A stretch of DNA of 64,000 nt from Octopus sinensis (taxonomy: Eukaryota). Position numbers and translations under genes: made by a program. Below, one piece after another: positions 51,400 to 64,000 of this stretch. Below the pieces are notes generated by a model. That model was not told where the DNA came from, searched no databases, and saw only the letters and a program-made list of their open reading frames with translations. The first letter of the stretch is position 1; every line of letters begins with the position of its first letter. The stretch is taken from contig NC_043003.1 in NCBI RefSeq assembly GCF_006345805.1, forward strand, positions 11,532,001 through 11,596,000, read 5' to 3'.

Positions 51400-52235
51400 G
51401 TTGCACATAAGAAGCACCATCCGAATGTGGCCGATGCCAGTGCCGCCTTGATTGTCTCCCATACCGGTGGCATGTAAAAAGCACCATCCGAATGTGGCCG
51501 ATGCCAGTGCCGCCTTGATTGTCTCCCATACCGGTGGCATGTAAAAAGCACCATCCGAAGTGGCCGATGCCAGCGCCTTGATTGTCTCCCATACCGTGGC
51601 ATGTAAAAAGCACCATCCGAATGTGGCCGATGCATGTGCCGCCTTGATTGTCTCCCATACTGGCATGTAAAAAGCACATCCAATGTGCCGATGCCAGTGC
51701 CGCTTGATTGTCTCCCATACCGGTGGCATAAAAGCACCATCCGAATGTGGCTGATGCCAGTGGCCGCCTTGATTGTCTCCCATACCGGTGGCATGTAAAA
51801 AGCACCATCCGAATGTGGCCGATGCCAGTGCCGCCTTGATTGTCTCCCATACCGGTGGCATGTAAAAAGCACCATCCGAATGTGGCCGATGCCAGTGCCG
51901 CCTTGATTGTCTCCCATACCGGTGGCATGTAAAAAGCACCATCCGAATGTGGCCGATGCCAGTGCCGCCTTGATTGTCTCCCATACCGGTGGCATGTAAA
52001 AAGCACCATCCGATTGTGGTCGATGCCAGCCCACTCTGGCTCCTGTGCCAGCGGCATGTAAAAAAAAGCACCCACTAAACTCTCGGAGTGGTTGGTGTTA
52101 GAAGGGCAGTAGAAACACTGCCAGATCAGACTGGAGCCTGGTACAGCCTCCTGGTTTCCCAGATCCCAGTCAAACAGTCCAGCCCATGCCAGCATGGAAA
52201 ACGGACGTTAAACGATGATGATGATGATGATGATA
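51400..52235 (+). mobile_element. RTE 3' UTR fragment with an expanded 67-bp array (about 10 units) and (GAT)n tail
   Basis: GCACCATCC units start at 51414, 51481, 51548, 51610, 51674, 51734, 51802, 51869, 51936 and 52003, followed by the same tail as 37087-37260. Confidence 0.92.
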
Positions 52236-53017
52236 TATAATATAATAATAAAAAAAAATGACAACAAAAGAATGAGACCTCTACATCGCTTGATAGCGGA
52301 TGTTGGTGTGTTTACGTCCCTGTAACTTAGTAGTTCAGCAAAGGAGGCTGATAGAATAAGTAGTAGGCTTACAAAGAATTAGTCCTGGGGTCGATTTGTT
52401 CGATTAAAGGCAGTGCTCCAGCATGGCCGCAGTCAAATGATTGAAACAAAGCATAAGAATGAAATAATCTCCCCCTTCCGCTTAATCATTTTATCTTGTA
52501 TATTATTATTTACCTGTGATTTCTCATCCCTGGCTTATCATCCCTCATGTCTATGCACTTTCTCTCTCTACACCAACCATATTCTTCAAGGCACATACCT
52601 TCTGCTACTTATTCATCTTCAGGGTAAGCCCCCCCACCCCACCCCCACCCCACCCCAACCACACACACCACATACCCCCCACACCACATACCCCCCACAC
52701 TTCTTTTTGTGATTCTGACCATTCCAATTCTCACTGCCCCCCACCCCCCACCATCCAACTAATTCCATCCTCATTGTCAGTTTACCTTTTATTTCCACTT
52801 CCTCTTTTGTTGTTGTTGTTGTTGTTGTTGTCTTTATTTCCTTCTCTCTTTCCTCTTCCACCTCTTCCCTTTCTTCAAACCTCTAATCTCCTCTCCCTCC
52901 TCTTTAATTCTTTGTTTTTTTTTATGCAGACTTCCCATTCAGTTTCTGTTTCTGCCTCATTCTTTAAATCTGTTACTTTTTCTGTGACTTACATTCTTTG
53001 TATCTCCTCTTCCTTGT

Positions 53018-53019
<2 letters not shown>

Positions 53020-53052
<33 letters not shown>

Positions 53053-53275
53053 TGCGTGAGAAGGAGAGAGAGTATGTGTGTATGAGAGAGAGTGTGTGTG
53101 TGTGTGTGACAGAGATTGTGTATATGAGGGAGAGAGGGTGTGTGTGCGTGAGAAGGAGAGAGAGTGTGTGAGAGAGAGTATGTGTGTATGAGAGAGAGAG
53201 TGTGTGTGTGTGACAGAGATTGTGTATATGAGGGAGAGAGGGTGTGTGTGTGTGTATGAGGGAGAGAGAGGAGTG
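53020..53275. repeat. (GT)/(GA) low-complexity block containing a duplication of about 105 bp
   Basis: GACAGAGATTGTGTATATGAGGGAGAGAGGGTGTGTG occurs near 53108 and near 53213. Confidence 0.9.
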
Positions 53276-54399
53276 GAGAAGCTGGCATCTTCTTTCAGTG
53301 ATAGATTGTTTATCACCTTCCTGCATGGGAGGCACACTGGCTGCATAGCATGTTGCTGCTCTTGCCCTTCTTCCCCATCTCTCTCTCCCTTCCTTGCCCC
53401 CCCCCCCGTGCTCTGTACCATTATTTTACTCATTACATATCCACACACACACAACACACACACCACTAGATAGATACACAAAGCACCAGTTACCTACCTA
53501 AGATAATGATGAGAGGGCCATCCACTTCAAATAGGACATGTTATTTTTTTTATAGAGGTGGGGGTGGCCCTTCCCTCTGCTGGTTTAAGGGGGAGAAGGG
53601 GACAGGTTATTTATATATGGACACCTGGTTCTTCTTCCCATATTGTAGCAGCCACAGTGATGGTGGTAGTGGTAGTGGTGGTGGTGGTGTATAACAAAGT
53701 TGAATGAGCTAAAGGTTATTAAAAACCTTCATGTCCTTCAGAAGGGGTTTCTCCTTGTTCCCCTGCCTTGATCCCTTTAACAATAGTCCACCTTTACCCT
53801 CTCCCCCCCACATCATCTAAAATCATCTAAGCAACTCAATTAATACTCCCCTCCACACCTCATCTCATCATTTACCTGGTCTTCCTTTCACTCCCACTCA
53901 CCCACCCAATGCTTTGCTTCTTCTTTGTTTTATATTGTTTTTTTTATATATACCTTGTCACCCCCAACTCCACCCCTACGTGGTTCTTTCTGCCTTCCTC
54001 TTTTTCTTCAATTTATTGTGGCAGCCCCTAACTACATCAAGCACTTTTAAGTAATGTCCCCTTTCTTCTTCCTCTCAGCAATACCAAGACTACCACTACT
54101 GCTACCATCATTTTCTTACCCACCTGGGGAAGAGAAATACCTCTCTCTCTCACCTTTCCCTCAACATAGCTTCCACCTTTTCACTGGAGGGGCGAGCAAA
54201 GAGGTGGGTGTAGTGGCTGTGGTGGTGGTGGTGATGGGAGTAGGGGTGGGTATATAAACAACAATGGTTTCCAATTTAATGCAATAAATGAAAATTGTAT
54301 GTTTTGTGTGGGTGGGTGGGAGGGTGTTGGGGCATGGGTGGGAGTGAAGGGGACAAAAGCAAAGAAAATAATTTCAGTTTCTGCTGACATCCCTTTTTG

Positions 54400-54975
54400 A
54401 AAAAGAGATGGTGGTGGTGGTGGTGGGGTGATGATGATGGCATTTGTGATGGGGATGGTGGTGGTGGTGGTGGTATCTGTGATAGGGATGGTGGTGGTGG
54501 TGGTAGTGGTGGTGTTTGATGGGAGGGGGCAAGATGGTATTGATAGCTTGGTTGGTTGGTGGTAGTGGTGTGTGTTTGTTACTGATGGTGGTTAGTGGTG
54601 GGGATTGTGGTGTCCATGGTAGTAGGGGGTATTTGTGATGGTTGGGTGGTGAAAATATTGATGGTTTTGAGGAACGTTTGATGGCATGGATGGATGGCTG
54701 GATCTGTCTATTTATGAGAATGTTAATGGTTGTGTTGGTGGTGGCTGTAAAGGGTTTGGTGGTGGTGTTGATGGTAAGGTTTGATGGCGTTGTTATGATA
54801 GTAGTAGCCTTGGTGGTTGTGATGGGGGTGTATAATGTTGATGATGATTGTGAATGTTAGATGATAGATAGAATTGATAGTGGGGGGTGATGGCCATGAT
54901 GGAATGTGGGTGGTGAGTTATGGTGTTGCTGTAGTTAAGGTGGTGGTTGTTGTTTTTGTTGTTAGTGGTGGTGGT
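54400..54975. repeat. Degenerate (GGT)/(GAT) low-complexity tract
   Basis: Direct inspection. Confidence 0.9.
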
Positions 54976-55299
54976 GGTCTTAAGCATAACTCTCTTTCTG
55001 TCTATTTTTCTTTCTTGATTAATTTACCTATCCTTTATTTACTTTTCCTGTTTCCAGTTGTTTTTGTGTGTGTGTATACCTGCGTGCAAGAAAATGTATT
55101 GATGATGATGATGATGATATTGTAATTTAAGCTGAAGAAATACTAAAGCATCTTTAGAAACTGGATGAAAATGTAATTGAATAAATACCGTGCATACTGA
55201 TTAAATAGATATAATGGTCAAAAAATTCTTTTAAGCATTTATTTGGAACTTGAAAGAAAATAGATTTATACTTGAGGTTGATGGATAGAAAGATAAAAA

Positions 55300-55555
55300 T
55301 AGACAGACACAAGTAGACAGAGAGATAGATAGATAGAGAGATAGATAGATAGACAGATAGACAGACAGACAGATAAATAAATTGACAGATAGATAGACAG
55401 ACAGATAAGTAAATAGACAGATAGATAGATAGATAGATAAATAGACAAATAGATAGATAGACGGACAGATAGATAGATTGACAGACAGCTAGATAGATTG
55501 ATAGATAGACAGACAAACCGATAGATAAACAGATAGATAGATAGGCAGGCAGAGA
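55300..55555. repeat. (GATA)n/(GACA)n tract
   Basis: Direct inspection. Confidence 0.95.
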
Positions 55556-55866
55556 CATACATACATGTATGTATGCATCCAATGAACCATTCATGTAATG
55601 ATGTAAATAGATAAATATATGGAGGCAGAGAAAGATATATGCATAGTTAGAGAATAACGCATATCTATATATGGTAAGAGTAAGGGTGAAAACATCGCTT
55701 CAGTCACGAATGACCATGGGATTGCACTTAGAAAGTTCCTCTTTGAAGGCACAAGCTGGGCAAGGTTGTTTAAGGAAGACCAGCAGTTGCCCATGCATAC
55801 CAACTCCCCTTTCCATACCACTGATGTTATCCAAGGGAAATCAAAGGCCCATACAGCTTGGCACCT

Positions 55867-56087
55867 GTTAGTTAGTTAGTTAGTTAGTTAATTCTTTGGC
55901 TCAAAAAGCAAAAAGCAAGGCCATGTAGGGGGACATGAAGTTATGTACAGGGTGGTGTTCAGGTAAAGAGTTCAGGCCACTTGTGGTCAAGGGAGACTTT
56001 GAACCGAGCGGTCGTCGGCATCTTCACCATCTCGTCTGGCAGCTTATTCCACGGATCCGCAACCCGGACGGAGAAAGCCCCTCTCCT
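55867..56087 (-). mobile_element. CR1-clade LINE 3' end with (TAAC)n tail
   Basis: 55959-56087 reads RRGAFSVRVADPWNKLPDEMVKMPTTARFKVSLDHKWPELFT*, the classic CR1 ORF2 terminus (FS.RV..PWN.LP...FK..LD). (GTTA)n lies at 55867-55890. Confidence 0.9.
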
Positions 56088-56217
56088 ACAGCTGAGTGAA
56101 CTGGAGCAATGTGAAATAAAGCGTCTTGCTCAAGAACACAACACACAGTCCGGTCCGGAAATCGAACTCACTGCCTCGTGATTGTGTGCCTGACACTCTA
56201 ACCACAGAGCCATGCGT

Positions 56218-56268
<51 letters not shown>

Positions 56269-57407
56269 GTAAACAGCCGTATAAATTAGTACAAACCGAT
56301 GACTAAATGGTGTGTGTTTGTGTGTGGTAGCATACTTAAGTGGGGTTTCTACTACTGGATTTATTGATCCCTCCTCCTCTCCCTTAAACACTTATTTCAT
56401 TTCCACCACTGTTCTCAGCCAGTGTCTTGTCTGCAGGTGAGTAATTAGGAGAGGTAGATAAATCTCCTTGCCCCCTCCCCACCTGACTGCCAGCCAGATG
56501 ACACTGTGTGGGTGTGAAAGGTGCTGTCATTTATTTGAATAACAAGTGTTTGTTCCTTTGGTCATGCTTGTCTCTTCTGATAGACTCTTTCTTGTTTTTT
56601 TCTTCCTGTTTTTTTTTCCCTTTTTTTTCCCATCCTATTTGATCTTTTATTCTCTTCCAACATGTGTCAGCCTGGAAATACACACAGATGTCAGGGATGA
56701 TATCAATGATGATGATGATGCTGATGCTTTTTATCCTTCTGCTTTCCTCCTCTTCTTCTCCATTTCTAATCTTCCTATGACAGTTTTTCCTCTTCAGCCT
56801 CTTCTATTCATAGATTAAACTCATGCCACCCTCTTCATAAAGCGTCTCTTCATCAAACTACTTACTTATTATGTTTTCTTGTTGCTTTTTATCTTTCTAC
56901 TTGTCTTTGTCTTTTATCTTTTACTTGTCCCCACCCCCTCAATCGGTCATTGCACTGCAGCCATGCTGGGGCACTGCCTCCAAGGGTCCAGCCAAACAAA
57001 TCAGCCCCAGTACTTATTTTTTAAAACCTGATTGATACTCATTCTCTCTGTCTCCTCTGTTGAACTGAGAAGCTACAGGGATGCAAACAAACCAATACTG
57101 GTTGTCAAGTAGTGGTGGGGGACAAATACATGCTCAAAGACACACATATAGTCATGTACACACACACACACACACACCATCATCATCATCATTTAACATC
57201 CACTTTCCATGCTGGCATCGGTTAGACGGTTTGACTGAGGACTGTCAAGCCAGGAGGCCTCACCAGGCTCCAGTCTGATCTGGTAAGGTTTCAACAGCTG
57301 GATGCCCTTCCTAACACCAACCACTCCGTGAGTGTAGTGGGTGCTTTTTACGTGCCACCGACACTGGCAATTGGTCACATTTGGATGGTGCTTTTTACCT
57401 GCCACCA

Positions 57408-57463
<56 letters not shown>

Positions 57464-58379
57464 ATGTCACCATGGAAGGTTGATATTAAATGATGATCAC
57501 ATACATATATAAATACACACACTGGGCTTCTCTCAGTTTCCACCTACGAAATTCCCTCACAAGGCTTTGCTTGCTCTGGGGCTATACTTGAAGGCACTTA
57601 CCACATGGCCACTCTTGCACCTGTTTGGCTTTTTTGTCATTTTGTTTTTTTTTTATTTTCAGCCACATCTTTATTACACTTTTCCCTCTTGTACAATTTA
57701 TTATTCCCTAAACTGGGAATAGAAACCAGTGTTTTCCCACATATGATCCAGCACAAGTACCTCTTATTTGTTTGTCTTCATTTTTCATACAAGCAAACCT
57801 CACCTCTTATCATACTGGTAAACCTGAGATCATGCTGTACGTCTTATGTAGACATTGATTTATTTCACTAACATTTCTTGTATGTTTGAGAATAGTTTTG
57901 AACATTTCATACATGTTAAGCTGTGCTGACATGTGGTTGTGTTAAACAAAGCCATGGTTTTTTTCCAATTCATTTCATGTCACTTGGCCAAATCTAGAAT
58001 GGTTTCTGTTCTTTGTGATTCAGTGAGGAGTATAATCATAAATTCCTCCATCATTTTATTTTTCTGGTGACCTTACAGATGTGGAATCTGGACAGCTTAC
58101 CATAGATGTGCAAAAACAATTTTATCACTTTCACCTAATATGCCTGTGAAAAGTTCTCAATGTTGAAGTGGCAACATCAGAATTCCTAATACTTCTGTAC
58201 TTTAGAGAGCTAATACGTCAAACATATTCCAGCTGCTGTGGAGTGGACATATAGTGCACATGCCCGACTCCAGGCTCCCTAAACAAATTTTCTTTGAACT
58301 AGCAGTTGGTTCTTGGCCATATAGTGGACGAAAGAGGGGATACTAGGACATTCTCAGGATGTCTTTAAAAAAGTGTAAC

Positions 58380-58608
58380 TTAATCCTCTAGCATTAAAAG
58401 CCAGCCATATCTGGCCAAAATATTCTGCATGTTTTCTGTTCAAGCTGGTCAGATCTGTCCTCTCACACCTACCCTACATTGTCATTCTAAAAATATACAA
58501 TCACATCATTAAAATCTCAATGCTATGAGATAATGTGTGATTAATTCAAAGCAATGTGAATAAATAATCATTGCATTTCACAGAATAATCTGAATGCTAA
58601 AGGGTTAA
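58380..58608. mobile_element. piggyBac-type MITE (TTAA target duplication, CCCTTTAGCATT-type termini)
   Basis: TTAA at 58380-58383 and 58605-58608; ends TCCTCTAGCATT / AATGCTAAAGGG. Removing the element restores the host LINE frame. Related copies lie at about 1113-1545 and 27890-28030. Confidence 0.85.
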
Positions 58609-58788
58609 AACAGTTTAGATCTTGGGACCATCTTGCTCAAGGTCCACTCACTGTGGAGTAGTGTTGTGTACTCTGATGTACAGCACTCAGAATCAGAAAT
58701 GATCAGAGGAATTATAAAGAGGAAGGTTATTCAGAAAGCAAGAGTCCCACCAGGTCCAGATCCTGCTTTTACATGCTCCTTCTGTAAC

Positions 58789-59032
58789 TCAACATCATCA
58801 TTTAATGTCCACTTTCTGTGCTAGCATGGATTGGATGGTCTGACTGAGGACTGGCAAGCCAGGAGCCTACACCAGGCTCCAATCTGATTTGACAAGGTTT
58901 CTACAGCTGGATGCCCTTCCTAATGCCAACCACTCTGAGAGTGTAGTGGGTGCTTTTTTCATGCCACCAGCACGGGGGCCAGTCAGGCGGCACTGGCATT
59001 GACCATGCTCGAATGGTGCTTTTTACGTGCCA
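58789..59032 (-). mobile_element. RTE 3' UTR fragment inserted in the BovB-like fossil
   Basis: Matches the tail of the 37-kb LINE and interrupts the zinc-finger codons. Confidence 0.85.
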
Positions 59033-60007
59033 GGATTTTATGCAAATATTGGCTTAATGAGCCACATCATGACCCACAAAGGCTAAAGCTGTTAATCTGG
59101 TCATCTTCAGAGACATGAAGGACAAACATCATCCAGTCATGCTGATCGTCCATTTAAACTGACCCTTAATTTATAAGGGTATAAAACAAAAATACTTGGT
59201 GCAAATTGTGATTTATGTATGATCTGTATCAAAGAATGAAACATGTCCTTAATGCCTATGCAGTCTGCATCAAATGGATTTTAATGAAATTTTTTTCAGT
59301 TGTTATTTAGATCAAAATAATAGTTTCTGTGAATTTGCAGGCAATTTCATTCACTGGAATATTTTTGGCACGAATGGGTTAAAAACTGGATTCCGAACAG
59401 ATATTTCAGTAGCCTTGAATATGTTTTAATTCTCCTTAACACAAACTTGTTACTGAATGATTTAGATTTTCCCTCAACTCATTCTTTCGCACCTACCTTT
59501 TACTTTATTACTCAGCTGAGTTTATTTTCTGGACTAACAAATGCAAAGTAAATTTGTCCGTTCTTTTGCCAGCCAAGCAATTTTCAGTGACACCAGAAAT
59601 ATGGCTTCTATGGTAACTTATTCTATCACAAAATCAAATTGTATCTATTCATTTCAACACCACCACCACCACCACCACCCTGCCTTTGACTCTCTCTCCA
59701 CCACCTCACCACCTTGCATTATTACCCTGAATATAAACTATAAGCTCTGTAATTTTCCTTCTTTGATGCATCACTTTTGCTTTTGTATGCAATAAATAAT
59801 AGTAGTGATTAGGTAGTTATCATGCATAATGCCGTCCAGTACAACCTGATTTGCTGAGTTAGTAGTTGCCTATTACATACACACTACATTATTAGCACAT
59901 TCTCTGAATTTACTCTTTGCTTCATTTATTTTATACCCTCATATCAAACGGTCTTTATTCATAGCATTTGTTCAGACAGCTGTTTTCTCTCCATCATAGT
60001 AGTGTAC

Positions 60008-60105
60008 TTGCTAATTTAGCTGTTCCCTCTTTCTTCTCTAATGCTGATTCCAAAGTTGATAGTATAATCGTAGTCCGATCAGATAGCAGTTCACCCTTAA
60101 AGATT
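60008..60105 (-). CDS. Candidate exon
   Basis: ATATTCCAG acceptor, frame IFKGELLSDRTTIILSTLESALEKKEGTAKLA, weak GTACAC donor. A competing plus-strand reading exists. Confidence 0.25.
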
Positions 60106-62005
60106 CTGGAATATTTCAATTTATAATCCTTCCACCCCTTAGATATTGGTTGGTTGGGTGGGTGTTGGGTCATGCAAAGATTTGAAGGCAGGATGATAAT
60201 CTATTTATTAGGCAAGTAAGATCTTTGTAGAATGGAAACAGTAAGGTGTTTGGTGTGATCTGGGACCGTTTGAAGTGCTGAGCTTCAGTGATTGATTAAG
60301 AAGGCATGACTATGCAACTTTGTGGTTTGGGGTTCAGTCCCACTGTGTAGCACCTCAGGGCAAGTATCTTCTAGTATAGCCCTGGGTGAATCAATGCCTT
60401 GTGAGTATTTATGCTAGATGGAAACTATGTGGAAGTCTACTGTGTATGTATATATGTGTGTGTGTATATACACACACACATACACACGTGTGCGTGTTTA
60501 TGTCTGTCACCACTACTTAAGTCTGGCACTTATTCTGTCAGTCTTGTTTGCTGTACTGCTAAGTTACAAGGATGTAGACAAACCAACAGCTGTTGTCAAG
60601 CAATGGGAAGAACAAAGACACACACACTCCACACTACAACACACCACATCACACCACACACCGCACATACACATGATGAACTTCTACATAGTTTCCATCT
60701 TGCAAATTCACTTAGAATTACAGAAAACATTTGCCCAAGCACTGAACCCAGAAGCACATGTTTACCAAGTGAGTTTCTTAACCACCCAGCTTCCCTGTAT
60801 ATTGAGAAAAATATTTATTTTTAATGTACTTGTTTTTGCCTGATTTTTTGATATGAAATGATGCATTGATAAGAGATGTAGCTGTATCCTGGGAGGGTCA
60901 TTTTGTCAATAAAAACACATACATTGCTTCTATTCCCTTTCATTTTTCTTATCATTTTTATCATCATTATCACATAATTAGTTAACTAATTAATCAGTTA
61001 ACTTAGCACGACCAGTTATTAGATTGATCAATCAATCACTTGTTTTATTATAATCCTTTTATCACCATTAGCAAAATTTGCAATCTCATCAATGACAGGC
61101 TCTCATCAGCTCCCAGATCTGTTGCTATGCTCCCTTGCCGAGTACAATATCTTATTATTGTACTTATTGATTTTGGAATGCATGTGTGTGTGTGTGTGTG
61201 TGTTTTGCTTATTTTCATTTAAATAATGGTAGTTTTAATATTTCAAAAAAATATTTGGTGCTGAACTGGCAGAATCATTAGCATGCCAGTCAAAATGCTC
61301 AGTGGCATTTCGTCGGTCTTTATGTTCTGGGTTCAAATTCTACCAAGGTTGATACTGCTTTTCATCATTTCAGGGTCAGTAAATTAAGTACAGTTGAGCA
61401 CTGGGGTTAATGTAATCGCCTTATCCCCTCCCCCAAAATTGCTGGCCATGTGCCAGAATTTGAAATCAGTATTTCAAAAAAAATATTCTGTCACTTCAAT
61501 TTTCAAGCATTATGTTGGTGTCGCATATGAAGCACCCATACTGGTGTCACATTAAGAGCACTCATGTTGGTGCTACATGAATAACACCAGTGCTGGTGTC
61601 CTGTAAAAAGCACCCATGCCGGTACCACATGTAACGGGCCTGTGCTGGTGCCACATAAAAAGCACCTGTGATAGTGCAGCATAAAAAGCACCCAGTACAC
61701 TCTGTAGAGGGGCTGGTATTAAGAAGGGCATCCAGCAATAAAAACCATGTCAAAACAGACAACTGGAACCTGGTACAGCCTTCAAGCTTGCCTAAACTGT
61801 CCAACCCATGCCTGCATGGAAAACAGACATTAAATGGGTGATGATGATGATGATGCAGCAGCAAATTGCTTTGAACATAGGAATTTATAACATAGTTTTT
61901 TTCTGAAATAGCAACCAAATTTCTTCCAGAGCACACAACACCATTTTTTTTTTATCTTTCAAAGATGGTACTTATGCTTCCATTCTCCTTTGCTGAACTG
62001 CTAAT

Positions 62006-62072
<67 letters not shown>

Positions 62073-64000
62073 GATGGGCTTCTTTCAATTTCTACCAAAT
62101 CTGCTCAAAAGGCTTTGGTTGGCCCAAGGCTATAGTAGAAAACGCTTGCCCAAGGTGTCACTTAGTAGGACAGAACCTGGAACCATGTAGTTGGAAAGCA
62201 AACTTCTTACCACACAGCCACGCCTGTGCCTTCAAATTGTCAATTGTATTTTTTTTTTAAAGACTGTACACCGTGTATAATTTTAGGAAGATTTGACTGC
62301 TATCTTTTGCAAGTTGAACATTCACATAGAAGCTTCTGTCATTGGCTCAAAGAGTTGGGTGAGGTGATGAAATGGGATACCCATAAAACCCTCAGTCCAC
62401 CCTGGCACCCTAATGCTTCTCAGCTTCATTAACAAGCTCTATTTTTAGACAGATCCCTCTTTAAGTCTCTATCTAGTCTTACTGCCATAGATATTCCATA
62501 TTATATTTTTGTGTGTACTGCACACAGTCACAAAATTACTTGTTCTTGTGAGGCCCAAAATAACTAGCCCTTCCTTGCTTACACATAAACCATTGACCTT
62601 TCAGTACAAGGCACAAACTTTGGGTGATGGAACCAATATTAAAATGAAGAACCTTGTTGTTTAATCATTAAAGTAAATTGCCTGGAATTCCCCAAATTTT
62701 CATGTTGTGACCTTATAGTTTGAGAAACATTTTTTTCTTTTTCGTAGGGGCATTTTTATTATTGTTCTTGTACTTGTTGTTGTTGAAGTTTATGGAGCTT
62801 TTATGTGATATGTTGTGGACACATTGACAAACATTTTAGGCTCTTTGGGAACTTTTTATTAAAATTATACCAGAGACACACATACGTACTTACGCGCACG
62901 TATATACATTTATCATCATTGAGAAAATTAGTTTGTCTTGTAGCAATAATAGAATTGTTTCAAATTTTTGGCACAAGGCCAGCAATTTCGTATCTGGTGG
63001 GGCAAGTCGTTTGCATTGACCCCAGTACTTTGTGTGCATTAGTCTTATCTTGACTTCTTGTAAAGCTGTAAACAAGTGCCACTGTTATACAAGCAGTGTC
63101 CTTCACTTCCAGTGTTCCATGAAAGCATTTCTGGTTATGGGGAAGTTATTACCTTACTTGAAAACAGGTGACTGTTGGCAACAGGGAGAGCATCCAGCTG
63201 TAGAAAATCTGCCTCAGTAAAGTCTTTCCGACTCATACAAGCATGGAAAAGAAGACATTAAAATAATGATGATGATGATGATAGGATAATAACATACCAG
63301 GCAGTGGCTCTTGTGGCTTTTGATCTTAACTGATTGAAAGTGTTATCATGTACATTGTTTTGTCTTTGTATAAAAAATGGGCTACAGCAATATTCTGCTC
63401 AATACAGCCCTTAGTGGCTGCTGATATGTGCATCTCTCATCATGAACAGAAGTAGTGGGAGAACATCATAGCTATGTGTTGAAAGGAATTCTTGGAGATT
63501 TGGATAATTCACCTCTGGAAGCATGGGTGTTTCGTTTAACATCCTTAACTCTTATATTAAGGGACCCTTTGAGTGGGATGGGCTACTTGACCAGAAGAAA
63601 ATTCTAACTGGGCTCCACCTGCAAGGTCATGTGCTATTTAACTTGATATGCGATCACTATGTTGCGCATATATGGTTGTGATGCATGTGCCTGATGTACC
63701 CTTATCAGATGGGTAGTCATGATGGGTATATTGGGCTTCATATATTTTACCCTAGTGTCATCCGCTGCTCTCTCACTCAATAATGATAATCTTCTGTTCT
63801 CTTTCTCCTATCTCCCACTCTCTCCTTTCTTTTCCTCCTCCAATTATGGTTAAAAGAATCAGGTGGGAACTCCCAGAGAAAAGTTCAGTCATTTCTACAC
63901 AATATCCCTGGCCTCCTCCATGATGTTTCACAGACAAACAGACAGACATCTGACACTGGAGAGAGAACAAGTCACCTTATCAACTCCTCTTCTTCTTCTT

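Larger units (their letters stand above)
58074..59150 (+). mobile_element. Decayed BovB-like RTE LINE 3' end, split by two later insertions
   Basis: Frameshifted translation gives YRCGIWTAYHRC..LWSGHIVHMPDSRLPKQIFFEL..SLKKCNLK|QFRSWDHLAQ..AFTCSFCN|GFYANIGLMSHIMTHKG*, ending in a C2H2-type finger. Confidence 0.8.

Overview
Eukaryotic, AT-rich, repeat-saturated DNA. The SINE/LINE repertoire looks like an octopus (coleoid cephalopod) genome; this is inferred from repeat style, not from a database match. There are no prokaryotic features, CRISPR arrays, rRNA genes or intact tRNA genes, and no complete host gene can be recognised. Almost all long ORFs in the track come from microsatellite or minisatellite sequence. 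Well-supported content: a young 5'-truncated RTE LINE with an intact 206-codon ORF2 C-terminus (37087-38411, -) and many short copies of its 3' UTR; a CR1 3' end; a BovB-like RTE fossil; pogo/Tigger fossils; hAT-type and piggyBac-type MITEs; at least five tRNA-derived SINE families; an 18-bp satellite; and several low-confidence candidate exons. The most interesting observation is a tRNA-headed SINE present twice (2625-2887 +, ~32550-32791 -) whose 3' half folds into a minimal type I hammerhead ribozyme of the Penelope kind. Also notable are a 301-bp foldback inserted with a 15-bp target duplication, locus-specific 67-bp minisatellites grown from a LINE 3' UTR, tandem MITE arrays sharing one spacer at two loci, and SINE multimers with a recurrent junction. 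Boundaries of decayed repeats are approximate.
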